Source of the DNA: Bdellovibrionales bacterium
Lineage (GTDB): Bacteria > Bdellovibrionota > Bdellovibrionia > Bdellovibrionales > UBA1609
DNA: 64,000 nt
NCBI GenBank assembly: GCA_965199825.1
Contig: OZ241329.1
Span: 2,112,001 to 2,176,000 of the forward strand
Reading direction: 5' to 3'
Shown here: in pieces, positions 30,060-39,890 of the stretch
Layout of the letters: the number at the start of each line of letters is the position of its first letter
Numbering within the stretch: the first letter of the stretch is position 1
Translations under genes and position numbers: made by a program
The notes under the pieces: generated by a model
Told to the model about the DNA's origin: nothing
What the model saw: only the letters and a program-made list of their open reading frames with translations
The model's database searches: none

Positions 30060-32197
30060 ATCTCTTTATCTTTGTAATCAACATCAGTGGGCATTTCTAA
30101 AATTTTACGAGCACGTTCTCGCGTCAAAGCCGAAACAATTCTAAAATGACGTTTATCATTTAAGAAGCTGAGCAGTCTTAAATTTTCGAGAACTTTTAGT
30201 CTTTCGGAATCTTCTGGGATTTTGTGTTCAATATATAACTGCGCTGTAGTGCTAAATGTTTTTAGCGCTGTAAGTGTATTTGGAACCGGAATTTGCAAGA
30301 GCTCGCAACTTAAGATCGCTAGAACTGTGAGAGCCCGAGCAACCTCTTGATTTCGCTGATCAGGACGGGGCGAATGGACTTTGATGTAACTCATCCAATC
30401 CCGTGCCGTACTTTCGAGATCTGTTAAGACAGTGTTGAGTTGTTCGGGCGAGAGATTTGAAAATAAACTCATCGCTTCAGAAAATTTTGGGTCGTCTAAA
30501 ACTTCGTTTTGGTAATCCAAAAATAAAGATTTATAAATATCTGAATCGCTCAGCTGCGATGGGGCTTTGAAAACGAAATAAAGCGGTTGTTGTTCTTCAG
30601 TGATGACTTGCGCAAAAGCACCTTGAGTGTCGAGCGATGTTGTAGACAAAACGTAGCGCAGGATGCGGGCATCTTCACCGATACTTTGGTATTCGATTAC
30701 ACTTTGTTTCACTCGTTCTTCCATTGGAGCGCCAAAAGTTTCGAAGTAAATCTTTTGAATCGATTCAATATCACCCGTTCGAACCGCGTTAAGCGAAAAA
30801 ACCAACCCAATTATTTTTTTGTAGGATTCTACCACAAAATATTGTGGGCCTGTGTCCCAAGGTTTTTTAAGTTGGGTTTGAATTTTGGGAGTCTTGAATC
30901 TTGTTGCGCTTTGGCGCGGTCCTGGCCCAGCGATGTCTTTTATCACACTCATCTCGATCCCGTCGGAAAAGTGAGGAAATAAAAGAGTGTGGGCTCGGCC
31001 TTCATCGTCAACAACCACAATCATCTGGTTGTTGTAGTTCGTAAGTTCTGATGGGGTGATTTGAGTTTGCTGAAGATGTACTAATCGGGAGTTGTATTGG
31101 CCATCTTTCGTATTTAACAATCCAAATGCTTTCTTGGCTTTAGCCGAAAGTGCAGTACCAAATAGAGTGCGAAAGCTTTTTTCAACATCAGTAACATTAA
31201 GAATTTTATAAACATTGATTGCAAGTGCAATGGGTTTGTCGGTTTCTAAAATAGCAAAATCGAGATTTGGGAGGGCAACACCTTTATTGATATCTGAAAT
31301 ATGAATCACGTTGGATTGATATTGTGTTTGATCAAGACTTCTTTGAATGACGGCTTGGATGTATGTTTCACTTGCGGCAACGCCTAGAGCAGCTTGTTTT
31401 TCGAGTGCTTCATCAAAACGGCTCAAAATGTTAAAGTCTTTTTCAGGCATAACAATGTATTTTGGGTTTCCGTCGTTGTCTTGAAATACCAAGTGAGATT
31501 TTTTTTGCTTTACGTCTTCTAAATATTTGCTCAGGCGTGGCATTGTGATGCCTTTGACCTTTGTTATCACATAAGGGCGTCGAAACATGGCAAATTGAAA
31601 ATGTTTATTCTGTTGCGATTGGAAGAGCTCATAATTTAAGATTGTGAATTGAGGTTTTAAAAGATTTAAGCTAAAATCTACGGACTGATGAGCATCAACA
31701 TGCTTAAGTAACTTTTCGAAATCAATTTGAAATTTGCTGCTTGATAAATTTTGTTTATCTGATGTTTCAATTCGATTGGATTCTACTACGATGGGTTTAA
31801 TCCAATTCAGTTGTGAAACCGACTTGAGTTCATATACAAAGCTTTTTATATTCTTCTCGTCACCAACTACAGTGAAAATATAGAGCCGGTTATTAGCGGC
31901 CAACTTTTCGGACTCGGTCAGCTCTGTTAAAAGGGCCACTCCAAAGCCATGGGCCAGGTGTAATAAATCATTTTGAATTTTGGGTTTGCTTTGGTTACTT
32001 TTAATCGCAAACATCACCACATTGCTCTCGTCAGGATCAAGACCTTGGAGCACGCGATAGAGAGCCTCTTCACTGGCAACATATTGAGTATCGATTTTAC
32101 TCAAAAGCTTTTGACACAAACTTTTCAATTTGATCGCATGCGATGGATTTGAAAAGCTAAACAATAAAAAGGTAACAAAGGCAAAAGTGGTCTTCAT
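30002..32197 (-). CDS. large secreted hypothetical protein with internal degenerate repeats
   Basis: 731-aa ORF; signal peptide ending SHA, then LCQKLLS; AT-richer than neighbours. Confidence 0.75.
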   Translation of the reverse strand: MKTTFAFVTFLLFSFSNPSHAIKLKSLCQKLLSKIDTQYVASEEALYRVLQGLDPDESNVVMFAIKSNQSKPKIQNDLLHLAHGFGVALLTELTESEKLAANNRLYIFTVVGDEKNIKSFVYELKSVSQLNWIKPIVVESNRIETSDKQNLSSSKFQIDFEKLLKHVDAHQSVDFSLNLLKPQFTILNYELFQSQQNKHFQFAMFRRPYVITKVKGITMPRLSKYLEDVKQKKSHLVFQDNDGNPKYIVMPEKDFNILSRFDEALEKQAALGVAASETYIQAVIQRSLDQTQYQSNVIHISDINKGVALPNLDFAILETDKPIALAINVYKILNVTDVEKSFRTLFGTALSAKAKKAFGLLNTKDGQYNSRLVHLQQTQITPSELTNYNNQMIVVVDDEGRAHTLLFPHFSDGIEMSVIKDIAGPGPRQSATRFKTPKIQTQLKKPWDTGPQYFVVESYKKIIGLVFSLNAVRTGDIESIQKIYFETFGAPMEERVKQSVIEYQSIGEDARILRYVLSTTSLDTQGAFAQVITEEQQPLYFVFKAPSQLSDSDIYKSLFLDYQNEVLDDPKFSEAMSLFSNLSPEQLNTVLTDLESTARDWMSYIKVHSPRPDQRNQEVARALTVLAILSCELLQIPVPNTLTALKTFSTTAQLYIEHKIPEDSERLKVLENLRLLSFLNDKRHFRIVSALTRERARKILEMPTDVDYKDKEIQFLLGLIAKKMVAAIGLK

Positions 32198-32210
32198 AAT
32201 TGAGGGTTTA

Positions 32211-32225
32211 GCAGACCTTATGCCA
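32211..32225 (-). promoter_or_regulatory. sigma54 -24/-12 promoter, predicted leaderless
   Basis: TGGCAT-AAGGT-CTGC, then 13 nt to ATG 32197. Confidence 0.65.
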
Positions 32226-32277
32226 AGCCTCGTTAGAGACTGTAATTTTGATCAAACCCATTTAAGATCAAATCAAT

Positions 32278-33075
32278 ATGCGGACACTCTTTTTTCTCTT
32301 TTTTTATTTACTGCCCAAAAACGGGCTCTCACGGCTCACGGGTCGAATCGTTTCCAAAAATCTTGGCCAATGGGCTGTGCGGTGGTTTCAGCGCCATTTT
32401 AAAATCGACATGAATGAGGCTGAGCATCCGATCGAACATTACAAAACAATTGAACAGCTTTTCACTCGGAGTCTCAAAAAAGGTACACGCCCTATCGGCA
32501 AAGACCCGGTCCACCCTGTGGATGGCGATCTGGTGGGCTTGCAAAAACTAGTAGGCAATTCGCTGTTTCAAGTAAAAAATATTACCTATTCTTTTTCTGA
32601 TTTGACCCAGCATCAGCCCGATCTTTTCAAAAATGTCCTCACCTATTATTTGTGTCCCACCGATTACCACCGGGTGCATTCACCGGTTACAGGTGTGATC
32701 AAAGGTATTGTTGGTGTGGCCGGCGAGCTTTGGCCGGTGAATGAAAAAAGTCGAAAGTATGTGCCTCGACTTTTTAGCCGCAATGAACGCGTGGTGATCG
32801 AGATCGAAACTCAAACTGGGCCTGTGTTAGTCGTGATGGTGGGCGCCACAAACGTTGGCAAAATGTCTTTGAGATTTGATCCTCAATTTCAATCCAATGT
32901 GGCTCGACAACCGCCGCTGTTAAAAAAAGATTTTAATATTCCGATTCAAGCAGGCGAAGAGCTTGGTGTTTTTCATATGGGTTCAACCGTGATCGTGGCG
33001 TATTCGCAAGATCTTAAAAATATTCAAGGTGGAAAAACTAAGATGGGTCAGTCTCTGAGCCATCATTCCCAATAG
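32278..33075 (+). CDS. psd: phosphatidylserine decarboxylase proenzyme
   Basis: FTRSLK.G.RPI, YLCPTDYHRVHSP, NERV, GATNVG, autocleavage site F.MGST. Confidence 0.9.
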   Translation: MRTLFFLFFYLLPKNGLSRLTGRIVSKNLGQWAVRWFQRHFKIDMNEAEHPIEHYKTIEQLFTRSLKKGTRPIGKDPVHPVDGDLVGLQKLVGNSLFQVKNITYSFSDLTQHQPDLFKNVLTYYLCPTDYHRVHSPVTGVIKGIVGVAGELWPVNEKSRKYVPRLFSRNERVVIEIETQTGPVLVVMVGATNVGKMSLRFDPQFQSNVARQPPLLKKDFNIPIQAGEELGVFHMGSTVIVAYSQDLKNIQGGKTKMGQSLSHHSQ

Positions 33076-33286
33076 CTTCCACAGGACAGCCTTCCATCGC
33101 ATCTCGGCAAGCCTGCTCCTCGACTTTAGAATTGGGTTGTTTGATCACAAACGCATGGGCATCAAGATCATGCATCTGAAAATGATCGGGAGCCGCAAGC
33201 ACGCAGGCATCACAGCTGATACATTCTTTATCAACAAAATATCGTCCCGGAATATTGTCATCGTACTTATTGGTCTTATCCGCCAT
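33038..33286 (-). CDS. ferredoxin
   Basis: CISCDAC...CPVEAIG; start ATG 33286 (MADKTNK). Confidence 0.85.
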   Translation of the reverse strand: MADKTNKYDDNIPGRYFVDKECISCDACVLAAPDHFQMHDLDAHAFVIKQPNSKVEEQACRDAMEGCPVEAIGNDGSETDPS

Positions 33287-33367
33287 ATCGCGAGTTATAA
33301 CTCTCAAAACATTTGCTCGCCAATAAATTCGGTTGTGGATCATTAAAGGCCCGGTTATCCATTTGGC

Positions 33368-34972
33368 ATGCACAATTCTCAATTAGCGGCCGAGGTTCAA
33401 AAACGGCGAACCTTCGCAATTATTTCCCACCCCGATGCGGGTAAAACCACAATCACCGAACAAATTCTTTATCAGGGCGGAGTTGTGCGCGAGGCCGGCC
33501 AGGTCAAGGGAAAATCGGGTGCAAAAAAAGCAATGTCAGATTGGATGACCCTTGAGCAAGAGCGTGGGGTTTCGATCACTTCCAGCGTGATGCAATTTGA
33601 TTATGCGGGGCTTCGAATCAATCTTTTGGATACCCCTGGACACAAAGACTTTGGCGAAGACACCTACCGCACTCTGATTGCGGCGGATTCGGCAGCGATG
33701 CTGATTGATGCCGCCAAAGGGGTTGAGGCCCAAACAAGAAAACTTTATGAAGTGTGTCGTTTAAGAAAAATTCCAATTCTGACTTTTGCCAATAAAGTCG
33801 ATCGCGAAGGAAAAGATCCTTTGGAATTGATCGACGATGTGGAGAACACTTTAAAGCTTCGATGCTATCCGGTGACATGGCCTGTGGGAATGGGTGGCGA
33901 ATTCAAAGGCCTATTTCATCGTCTGACAAGAAAACTTTATTTGTTTACTCGAGGCGAAGAGCTTCCGGTCATTGTTGACATGCCCGATCTCGATAGTCCT
34001 TTGCTTGATCAGCACGTGGGCGAGCGTTTGGCCACAAAGCTCAGAGAAGATATGGATCTCTTAGATGGAACTTTGGGCGAGTTCGATAAAGCCGAATTTT
34101 TAAGAGGTGATTTGAGTCCCCTCACTTTTGGATCAGCCAAATACAGTTGGGGTGTTGATTTATTTCTCGATCTTTTTTCGAGCGAGGCTCCAATGCCCTC
34201 GGAGCGCTCTACCACAAAGGGGTTGATCGATCCTGCAGACTCATTGTTTTCTGGATTCGTTTTTAAAATCCAAGCCAATATGGATAAAAATCATCGCGAC
34301 CGCGTTGCATTCCTAAGAATTTGTTCTGGCAAATTTGAGCGTGGGATGAAGGTGAGGCATGTGCGCCTTGAGCGTGAGCTTAGACTTTCATATGCCAATC
34401 AATTTTTGGCACGTGAGCGTGAAACGGTAGAAGAAGCTTACGCCGGGGATATCGTCGGCATTATTGATACGGGATACTTTCGCATTGGCGATACGGTGAC
34501 ATCAGGTAAAGAATTAATGTTTGATCCTATCCCAAGATTTTCGCCCGAGATCTTTGGGCGTCTGACCATTAAAGATCCGCTAAAGCGAAAGACTTTGCAA
34601 AAAGGGGTGCAGCAACTTTCTGAAGAAGGAACGGTTCAACTTCTTTATGAACCCCATCTCGGAAAACAAGAACCGATTTTGGGTGTGGTGGGCGAGTTGC
34701 AATTTGATGTGCTGATTTTTCGGCTGAACGAAGAATACAATTTAAATGTCAAACTCGAGCGCTTGCCATTTTCGGCGGCTCGATGGCCAAGACTCAAAAC
34801 GGGCGAGCCGCTCAAAGGACCACTCAAAGGAAGTGCACGGCTTTATCTTGATGAAACCGATCAGCCGGTCGTTTTGGTCGAGCGCGAATGGGATTTGCGC
34901 TGGCTTGAAAAAGAAAATCCTGAAGTTCAATTTTTAATCTCTGCGCCTGCTCACGGTATGGAACAAAAATGA
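33368..34972 (+). CDS. prfC: peptide chain release factor 3
   Basis: RRTFAIISHPDAGKTT, SDWM..EQERG.S, DTPGH.DF, FKIQANMD..HRDR. Confidence 0.96.
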   Translation: MHNSQLAAEVQKRRTFAIISHPDAGKTTITEQILYQGGVVREAGQVKGKSGAKKAMSDWMTLEQERGVSITSSVMQFDYAGLRINLLDTPGHKDFGEDTYRTLIAADSAAMLIDAAKGVEAQTRKLYEVCRLRKIPILTFANKVDREGKDPLELIDDVENTLKLRCYPVTWPVGMGGEFKGLFHRLTRKLYLFTRGEELPVIVDMPDLDSPLLDQHVGERLATKLREDMDLLDGTLGEFDKAEFLRGDLSPLTFGSAKYSWGVDLFLDLFSSEAPMPSERSTTKGLIDPADSLFSGFVFKIQANMDKNHRDRVAFLRICSGKFERGMKVRHVRLERELRLSYANQFLARERETVEEAYAGDIVGIIDTGYFRIGDTVTSGKELMFDPIPRFSPEIFGRLTIKDPLKRKTLQKGVQQLSEEGTVQLLYEPHLGKQEPILGVVGELQFDVLIFRLNEEYNLNVKLERLPFSAARWPRLKTGEPLKGPLKGSARLYLDETDQPVVLVEREWDLRWLEKENPEVQFLISAPAHGMEQK

Positions 34973-35580
34973 ATTCGCTGATCATTGGTGTGAGTGGAGG
35001 TTCGGGTTCTGGAAAAACCACTTTTGCTCGGGGTTTACAAAAAGCGATGGGCTTAGAGCAGGTCAATATTCTCTCGCAAGACAGTTATTATTTTGATGTG
35101 AGCAACCATCCCGATCGCGATCATATCAATTTTGATGAACCCAAGGCGATCGAGTTTTCATTGCTCGCTCAGCATCTTAAAAAACTTAAAAATGGAATTG
35201 CGGTTGAGGTTCCTATTTATGATTTTGCCACACATTCAAGGCATCAAAAGGTAAGAACTCTTAATCCCGCTCCGATTATTATTCTCGAAGGAATTTTGAT
35301 TTTTTCGCAAGCCGAAGTGTTAGAGCAAATCAACCACAGCATTTTTATCGAAACTCCTGAAGTCATTCGTTATGAAAGACGTTTACTCAGAGATACAAAA
35401 GAGCGTGGGCGCACAAAAGAGAGCGTGCTCGAGCAATTTCGAAATCAGGTGAAACCGATGCACGATCTTTATGTTGAGCCGTCAAAAGAATTGGCCCAAC
35501 AAGTGATTTCGGGCGAGAGCGATTTTGAAGATCACTATCCTTTTGTGATGAGCGTAATCGAATTCGAATCGAACGAATAA
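34969..35580 (+). CDS. udk: uridine kinase
   Basis: GGSGSGKTT, QDSYY, NFDEP.A, YDF.TH, RD.KERGR, YVEPSK. Confidence 0.9.
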   Translation: MNSLIIGVSGGSGSGKTTFARGLQKAMGLEQVNILSQDSYYFDVSNHPDRDHINFDEPKAIEFSLLAQHLKKLKNGIAVEVPIYDFATHSRHQKVRTLNPAPIIILEGILIFSQAEVLEQINHSIFIETPEVIRYERRLLRDTKERGRTKESVLEQFRNQVKPMHDLYVEPSKELAQQVISGESDFEDHYPFVMSVIEFESNE

Positions 35581-35622
35581 AGGGCTAGCCGCTAGAAGTA
35601 TTTGTCACTAAGCTTGATGGCT

Positions 35623-36759
35623 ATGCAGTGGCGATTTGTTTTTTTAGTTTTACTTGTAGCGTGTCATTCAAAACCAAAAATAACTGATTTAAGTAAAAAT
35701 CAGTGGCCCGATCATATGCAAAGTTTTGCCCACTCGGTTGTGACACTTGCTCCATTTATTTATAATTCTAAAAATTATGTCGATCCTGCTCATCACGATC
35801 AAATCGCCAAAGAGCTTCATCAATTTTCGGATGCGGCCCACGACATCAAACCCGACATGGGCGAAGCTATCACCGGCTCAGACCCATTGGTGCAGTACAG
35901 TTTGGTCGAATTAAAGGCCGATGTGTCGCGAGCTGAAGAGGCCTTTAAAAATGGCCACCTCGATTACTCACGAGGTGTGATGAAGAATGTGATGGCCCAT
36001 TGCTTTCAGTGTCATTCACTCAGTGATTCTGGAACAAAAACTCATTTTGATGTTGAGGTGTTTAAAAATCTTAAATTAAGTCCTCTAGAAAAAGCAGATT
36101 TGTTTATCGCCAGCCGTGACTTTGATGACTCAAAGCGTTTGCTGGAGTTGATGCTCAAGAATTCTGATTTTTCGAGGGCCAGTGCTTTTGAGTTTGAGTC
36201 GGCTCTTCATCGCTATATGGCCTTGATGGTGCGGGTGCAAAAAGATCCTAAAGGCACATTGCTCGAGCTTAAACTGTTACAAAAAAGAAAAGAAATTCCT
36301 GTCTACATTCACGATCTGATTCAAAGTTGGAGTGTTTCACTCAAAAATTGGGAAAAGGAAAAACCAAATTCGCAAAGCCTAATGCTTCAGGCGGAAAAAC
36401 ATTTTAAAGCAGCCCAAAAACTTCAGGCCTTTCCCAAAGATCATCAAGGAGACGTAGAGTATCTGCGTGTGACGTCGCTTCTTCATGATTTTTTAAAATT
36501 AAAGCAATCCAAAGAGTCTGAGGCTGAAGCCTACGTTATGCTTGGGCAAAGCTATGAAGTGCTTGATGATCTAGGAGTTTGGAATTTGCATGAGATGTAT
36601 TATGAGTCCTGTGTGCGAAGGTTGCCCCAATCTGATCTTGCCAAAAATTGTTTTCAGCGATTGCAATCGAGTATTCAGTTGGGTTTTTCTGGAAGTGCGG
36701 GTGTGAATATTCCTGAGAATGAAACCAAACATCTCGAAGAACTTAAAAAATTTCTTTAA
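35623..36759 (+). CDS. lipoprotein with one c-type heme motif and a TPR-like helical C-terminus
   Basis: Lipobox LVAC; CFQCH closing a helical bundle; start uncertain (35617 or 35623). Confidence 0.65.
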   Translation: MQWRFVFLVLLVACHSKPKITDLSKNQWPDHMQSFAHSVVTLAPFIYNSKNYVDPAHHDQIAKELHQFSDAAHDIKPDMGEAITGSDPLVQYSLVELKADVSRAEEAFKNGHLDYSRGVMKNVMAHCFQCHSLSDSGTKTHFDVEVFKNLKLSPLEKADLFIASRDFDDSKRLLELMLKNSDFSRASAFEFESALHRYMALMVRVQKDPKGTLLELKLLQKRKEIPVYIHDLIQSWSVSLKNWEKEKPNSQSLMLQAEKHFKAAQKLQAFPKDHQGDVEYLRVTSLLHDFLKLKQSKESEAEAYVMLGQSYEVLDDLGVWNLHEMYYESCVRRLPQSDLAKNCFQRLQSSIQLGFSGSAGVNIPENETKHLEELKKFL

Positions 36760-36850
36760 AATGTGTGTCATTTCTCTAAGAATCAACGTGACACAAAAAA
36801 ATCTTATGACATCATTATAAAAGATTTAATTTCTTTAAGGAGGAACGCCC

Positions 36851-37027
36851 ATGAAAGTATCCAAATTGTTAGTATCCGCAATCGTAATTTGTGGTTTGAA
36901 TGGTCTTGCACACGCACAACCAGAACCAACTGCACCCCCAGCTGACGGTGCAATGGCTCCCGAAAAACCAGCCCATCCAGCTCACGGCGGACACGGCAAA
37001 CATAAAAAGCCAGCTAAACACGAGTAG
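36851..37027 (+). CDS. 58-aa secreted Pro/His/Lys-rich small protein
   Basis: Below the ORF-track cutoff. SD AAGGAGG; MKVSKLLVSAIVICGLNGLAHA|QPEPTAPPADGAMAPEKPAHPAHGGHGKHKKPAKHE; followed by a terminator. Confidence 0.8.
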   Translation: MKVSKLLVSAIVICGLNGLAHAQPEPTAPPADGAMAPEKPAHPAHGGHGKHKKPAKHE

Positions 37028-37053
37028 TTCTTACTCTTTGTTTTTTAGTTTTT

Positions 37054-37091
37054 AAAAGCCCAGCGGAGTATTCCCTGGGCTTTTGTTTTTT
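37054..37091 (+). terminator. intrinsic terminator
   Basis: Stem AAAAGCCCAG/CTGGGCTTTT running into a T-rich tail. Confidence 0.8.
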
Positions 37092-37105
37092 GTTACCATC
37101 TATGT

Positions 37106-37438
37106 ATGAAGTTGATGTGTTTGCTCCTAGTCCTTTGTCTTAATGCGCACGCGGATGATATGGGTGATGATGGTTTTGGCGATGACTGGGGTGATGATCC
37201 AAAGTCGATTCCACTCAATCCTCCAGGAGCACCTCCGGGAACCACAATTTCAAATAATCCCCAACCCCCGAGTGGCCAATTTAACCAACCCCCCGCTTAT
37301 GAATCCTCAGCACCGAGCGCAAAGGGTGGCGGCGATAAAGTTGAATTTCATTTGATCGGACAAAAGCGAGAACAAACCGGTCGCAAAAATTGGCGCGAAA
37401 ATGTTTTTGGCAAACCTTGGAAAACTCCAGACCCCTAA
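37106..37438 (+). CDS. secreted low-complexity hypothetical protein
   Basis: Signal peptide ending AHA; Asp/Pro-rich; extended -10 TGtTACCAT 6 nt before the ATG. Confidence 0.7.
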   Translation: MKLMCLLLVLCLNAHADDMGDDGFGDDWGDDPKSIPLNPPGAPPGTTISNNPQPPSGQFNQPPAYESSAPSAKGGGDKVEFHLIGQKREQTGRKNWRENVFGKPWKTPDP

Positions 37439-37488
37439 AAGATACTTCAAGACAAAGCTAGATCCATTCGTTATTTTTCATTTAACTT

Positions 37489-37932
37489 ATGAAGATCACA
37501 TTAGGGTGGCGTGAGCTCATCGATTTGCCCGAGCTCCATGTTGCACAATTAAAAGTCAAAATCGATACAGGGGCTCGCACCTCGGCGCTCCATGCTGAAG
37601 ATATTCAGTACTTTCGCTTTCAGGGTAAAACCCGGGTGCGATTTAAAATGTTTCCGGTGAGTCGCAAACGCTCACCAGAAATTGTGGCCGAAGCCGATCT
37701 GGTTGGAAAAAGACTGGTGCGCAGTTCGATTGGGCTTGCCACTGAGCGCCCCGTGATTAAAACAACCCTTTGTTTAAATAATAAATCATGGCCGATCGAG
37801 GTCACATTAATCAATCGAGAGATCATGGGGTTTCGTATGTTGCTGGGTCGAGAGGCTATCAAAGGTCGATGTATTGTCGATCCAGATAAATCATTTTTAA
37901 TACTTAAGAGCACAAAGAAAAAAGATTTATGA
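37489..37932 (+). CDS. RimK-associated retropepsin-like protease (RimB / 'ATP-dependent Zn protease' family)
   Basis: [32 protein letters not shown]. Confidence 0.85.
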   Translation: MKITLGWRELIDLPELHVAQLKVKIDTGARTSALHAEDIQYFRFQGKTRVRFKMFPVSRKRSPEIVAEADLVGKRLVRSSIGLATERPVIKTTLCLNNKSWPIEVTLINREIMGFRMLLGREAIKGRCIVDPDKSFLILKSTKKKDL

Positions 37933-38834
37933 AATTAGCAATCCTCTCGCGCAATGCGAATTTGTATTCAACCTCACGCCTGACCCAAGCAGCTCAAACT
38001 CGTGGTCATCACGTGATGGTGGTTGATCCTTTGATGTGCTATATGGATATCACTCCAACAACACCTTCGGTGCATTTTAGAAATGAAGTCTTAAGCGGAA
38101 TTGATGCGGTACTCCCGCGTATTGGGGCTTCAGTCACATTTTATGCCTCGGCTGTTTTAAGACATTTCGAAATGATTGGGACCTACACCGTCAATGAGTC
38201 GGTGGCGATTTCGCGTTCACGTGATAAATTGCGAGCCCTTCAAATTTTATCTCGTAACGGAATCGGAATGCCGGTTACCGGTTTTGCCCACTCCACAAAA
38301 ATGACTCGCGAATTGATTGAGCTCGTGGGCGGCGCACCCCTGGTGATAAAACTCCTAGAAGGCACTCAAGGAAAAGGTGTGGTGCTCGCAGAAACCAACA
38401 AAGCGGCAGAGTCGGTGATCGAGGCCTTTCGCGAAATGGATGCTTATTTTTTGGTGCAACAATTTATCAAAGAAGCGCGCGGCTGCGACATTCGTGCTTT
38501 TGTGATTGGCAATAAAGTTGTGGCAGCCATGCAGCGAAAAGCCAAAGACGGTGAGTTTCGCTCCAATCTTCACCGCGGTGGCAGTGCCGAAAAAGTGGAA
38601 CTCACACCCGAAGAAACTCGCACCGCACTGCAAGCTTCGGATGCTTTGGGACTGAATATTGCGGGCGTCGATATCCTCAGAGCAAAGTCGGGACCCTTAG
38701 TGATGGAAGTCAATTCCTCACCCGGACTCGAAGGCATTGAGCGCACCACCGGAATCGATGTGGCAGGTGCAATCATTGATTATATCGAAAAAAATGCGGG
38801 CCCCAATAAAACCAAAACAAAAGGTCACGGATAA
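37929..38834 (+). CDS. rimK: ribosomal protein S6 glutamate ligase (ATP-grasp)
   Basis: [53 protein letters not shown]. Confidence 0.94.
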   Translation: MKLAILSRNANLYSTSRLTQAAQTRGHHVMVVDPLMCYMDITPTTPSVHFRNEVLSGIDAVLPRIGASVTFYASAVLRHFEMIGTYTVNESVAISRSRDKLRALQILSRNGIGMPVTGFAHSTKMTRELIELVGGAPLVIKLLEGTQGKGVVLAETNKAAESVIEAFREMDAYFLVQQFIKEARGCDIRAFVIGNKVVAAMQRKAKDGEFRSNLHRGGSAEKVELTPEETRTALQASDALGLNIAGVDILRAKSGPLVMEVNSSPGLEGIERTTGIDVAGAIIDYIEKNAGPNKTKTKGHG

Positions 38835-39890
38835 ATGCCTGATAAAAAATTGGTGATTGGCGGAATCGAAATTGCGGTGGGCGAAACAAAAACGATTGGT
38901 GTTGAGGTCGCAAAACTTTATGACTCTACCGATATGTCGATTCCGGTGCGAGTGTTTCGCGGCCTTAAAGATGGCCCAATTCTTTTTGTGTCGGCAGCCA
39001 TCCACGGAGATGAAATCAATGGTGTCGAAATCTTGCGACGCCTTGCCCACTCGAAATTTATCACTGGCCTTCATGGCACATTGATCGTGGTACCCATAGT
39101 AAATGTGTTTGGCTTTAATATGCGCTCGCGCTATTTGCCAGACCGCAGGGATCTCAATCGTACTTTTCCTGGAAGTTCGAGAGGAAGTTTGGCTGCGCGC
39201 CTCGCCGATATTTTTTTAAGAGAGATCGTTGCCAAGTGTACCCACGGAATCGATATCCATACCGGTGCGGTTCATCGCTTTAATGCTCCCCATGTCAGAG
39301 CCAATCTTAAAAACGCGGCCACAAAAAAATTAGCTTTTGGTTTTGGATCTTCTTTGATCCTTCAATCCTCGGGTCCTGATGGCAGCCTTCGCCATGCGGC
39401 CACCAAATACAAAATTCCTGTGGTGGTGTATGAGGCAGGTGAGGCCCTCAGATTTGACGAAGAGTCGATCGAAATGGGGTACGAAGGTATCTTAAGGATG
39501 ATGCGCAGTCTGCATATGATTCCGGCAATTAAGGGCAAAAAAAAGGTCAAACCCTTTGTTGCCAAATCCAGTCATTGGATCAGAGCACCCCAAAGCGGAA
39601 TGCTCAAACGATTCGTCGATATTAAATCGCATGTGCGTGAAGGATCAGTCCTTGGAGTGATCACCGATCCTTTTGGTGAAAATGAAGTGCCGGTCTTATC
39701 ACCCATCGCCGGTGTGGTCGTAGGCACTGCGATGCTTCCCCTGGCCAACCGGGGCGATGCACTTTTTCATATCGCCACGGCTCAAACCAGAAAGTCAGAA
39801 CGGGTCGAACCTTTTAACGAAGACGAAGTGGAGCCACTCTCTTATGAACCCAACGCTTATAAGCCCCTCCGAGTGGGACAAACGGACTAA
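38835..39890 (+). CDS. succinylglutamate desuccinylase/aspartoacylase family (M14-like) peptidase
   Basis: HGDEING, RDLNR.FPG, DIHTG, YEAGE; C-terminal lipoyl-like domain. Confidence 0.88.
   Translation: MPDKKLVIGGIEIAVGETKTIGVEVAKLYDSTDMSIPVRVFRGLKDGPILFVSAAIHGDEINGVEILRRLAHSKFITGLHGTLIVVPIVNVFGFNMRSRYLPDRRDLNRTFPGSSRGSLAARLADIFLREIVAKCTHGIDIHTGAVHRFNAPHVRANLKNAATKKLAFGFGSSLILQSSGPDGSLRHAATKYKIPVVVYEAGEALRFDEESIEMGYEGILRMMRSLHMIPAIKGKKKVKPFVAKSSHWIRAPQSGMLKRFVDIKSHVREGSVLGVITDPFGENEVPVLSPIAGVVVGTAMLPLANRGDALFHIATAQTRKSERVEPFNEDEVEPLSYEPNAYKPLRVGQTD

Noticed and set aside
14762..33075. Convergent 3' overlaps (14762-14807, 30002-30059, 33038-33075) as antisense regulation
   Set aside because: Short tail overlaps in non-conserved C-termini are expected in a compact genome
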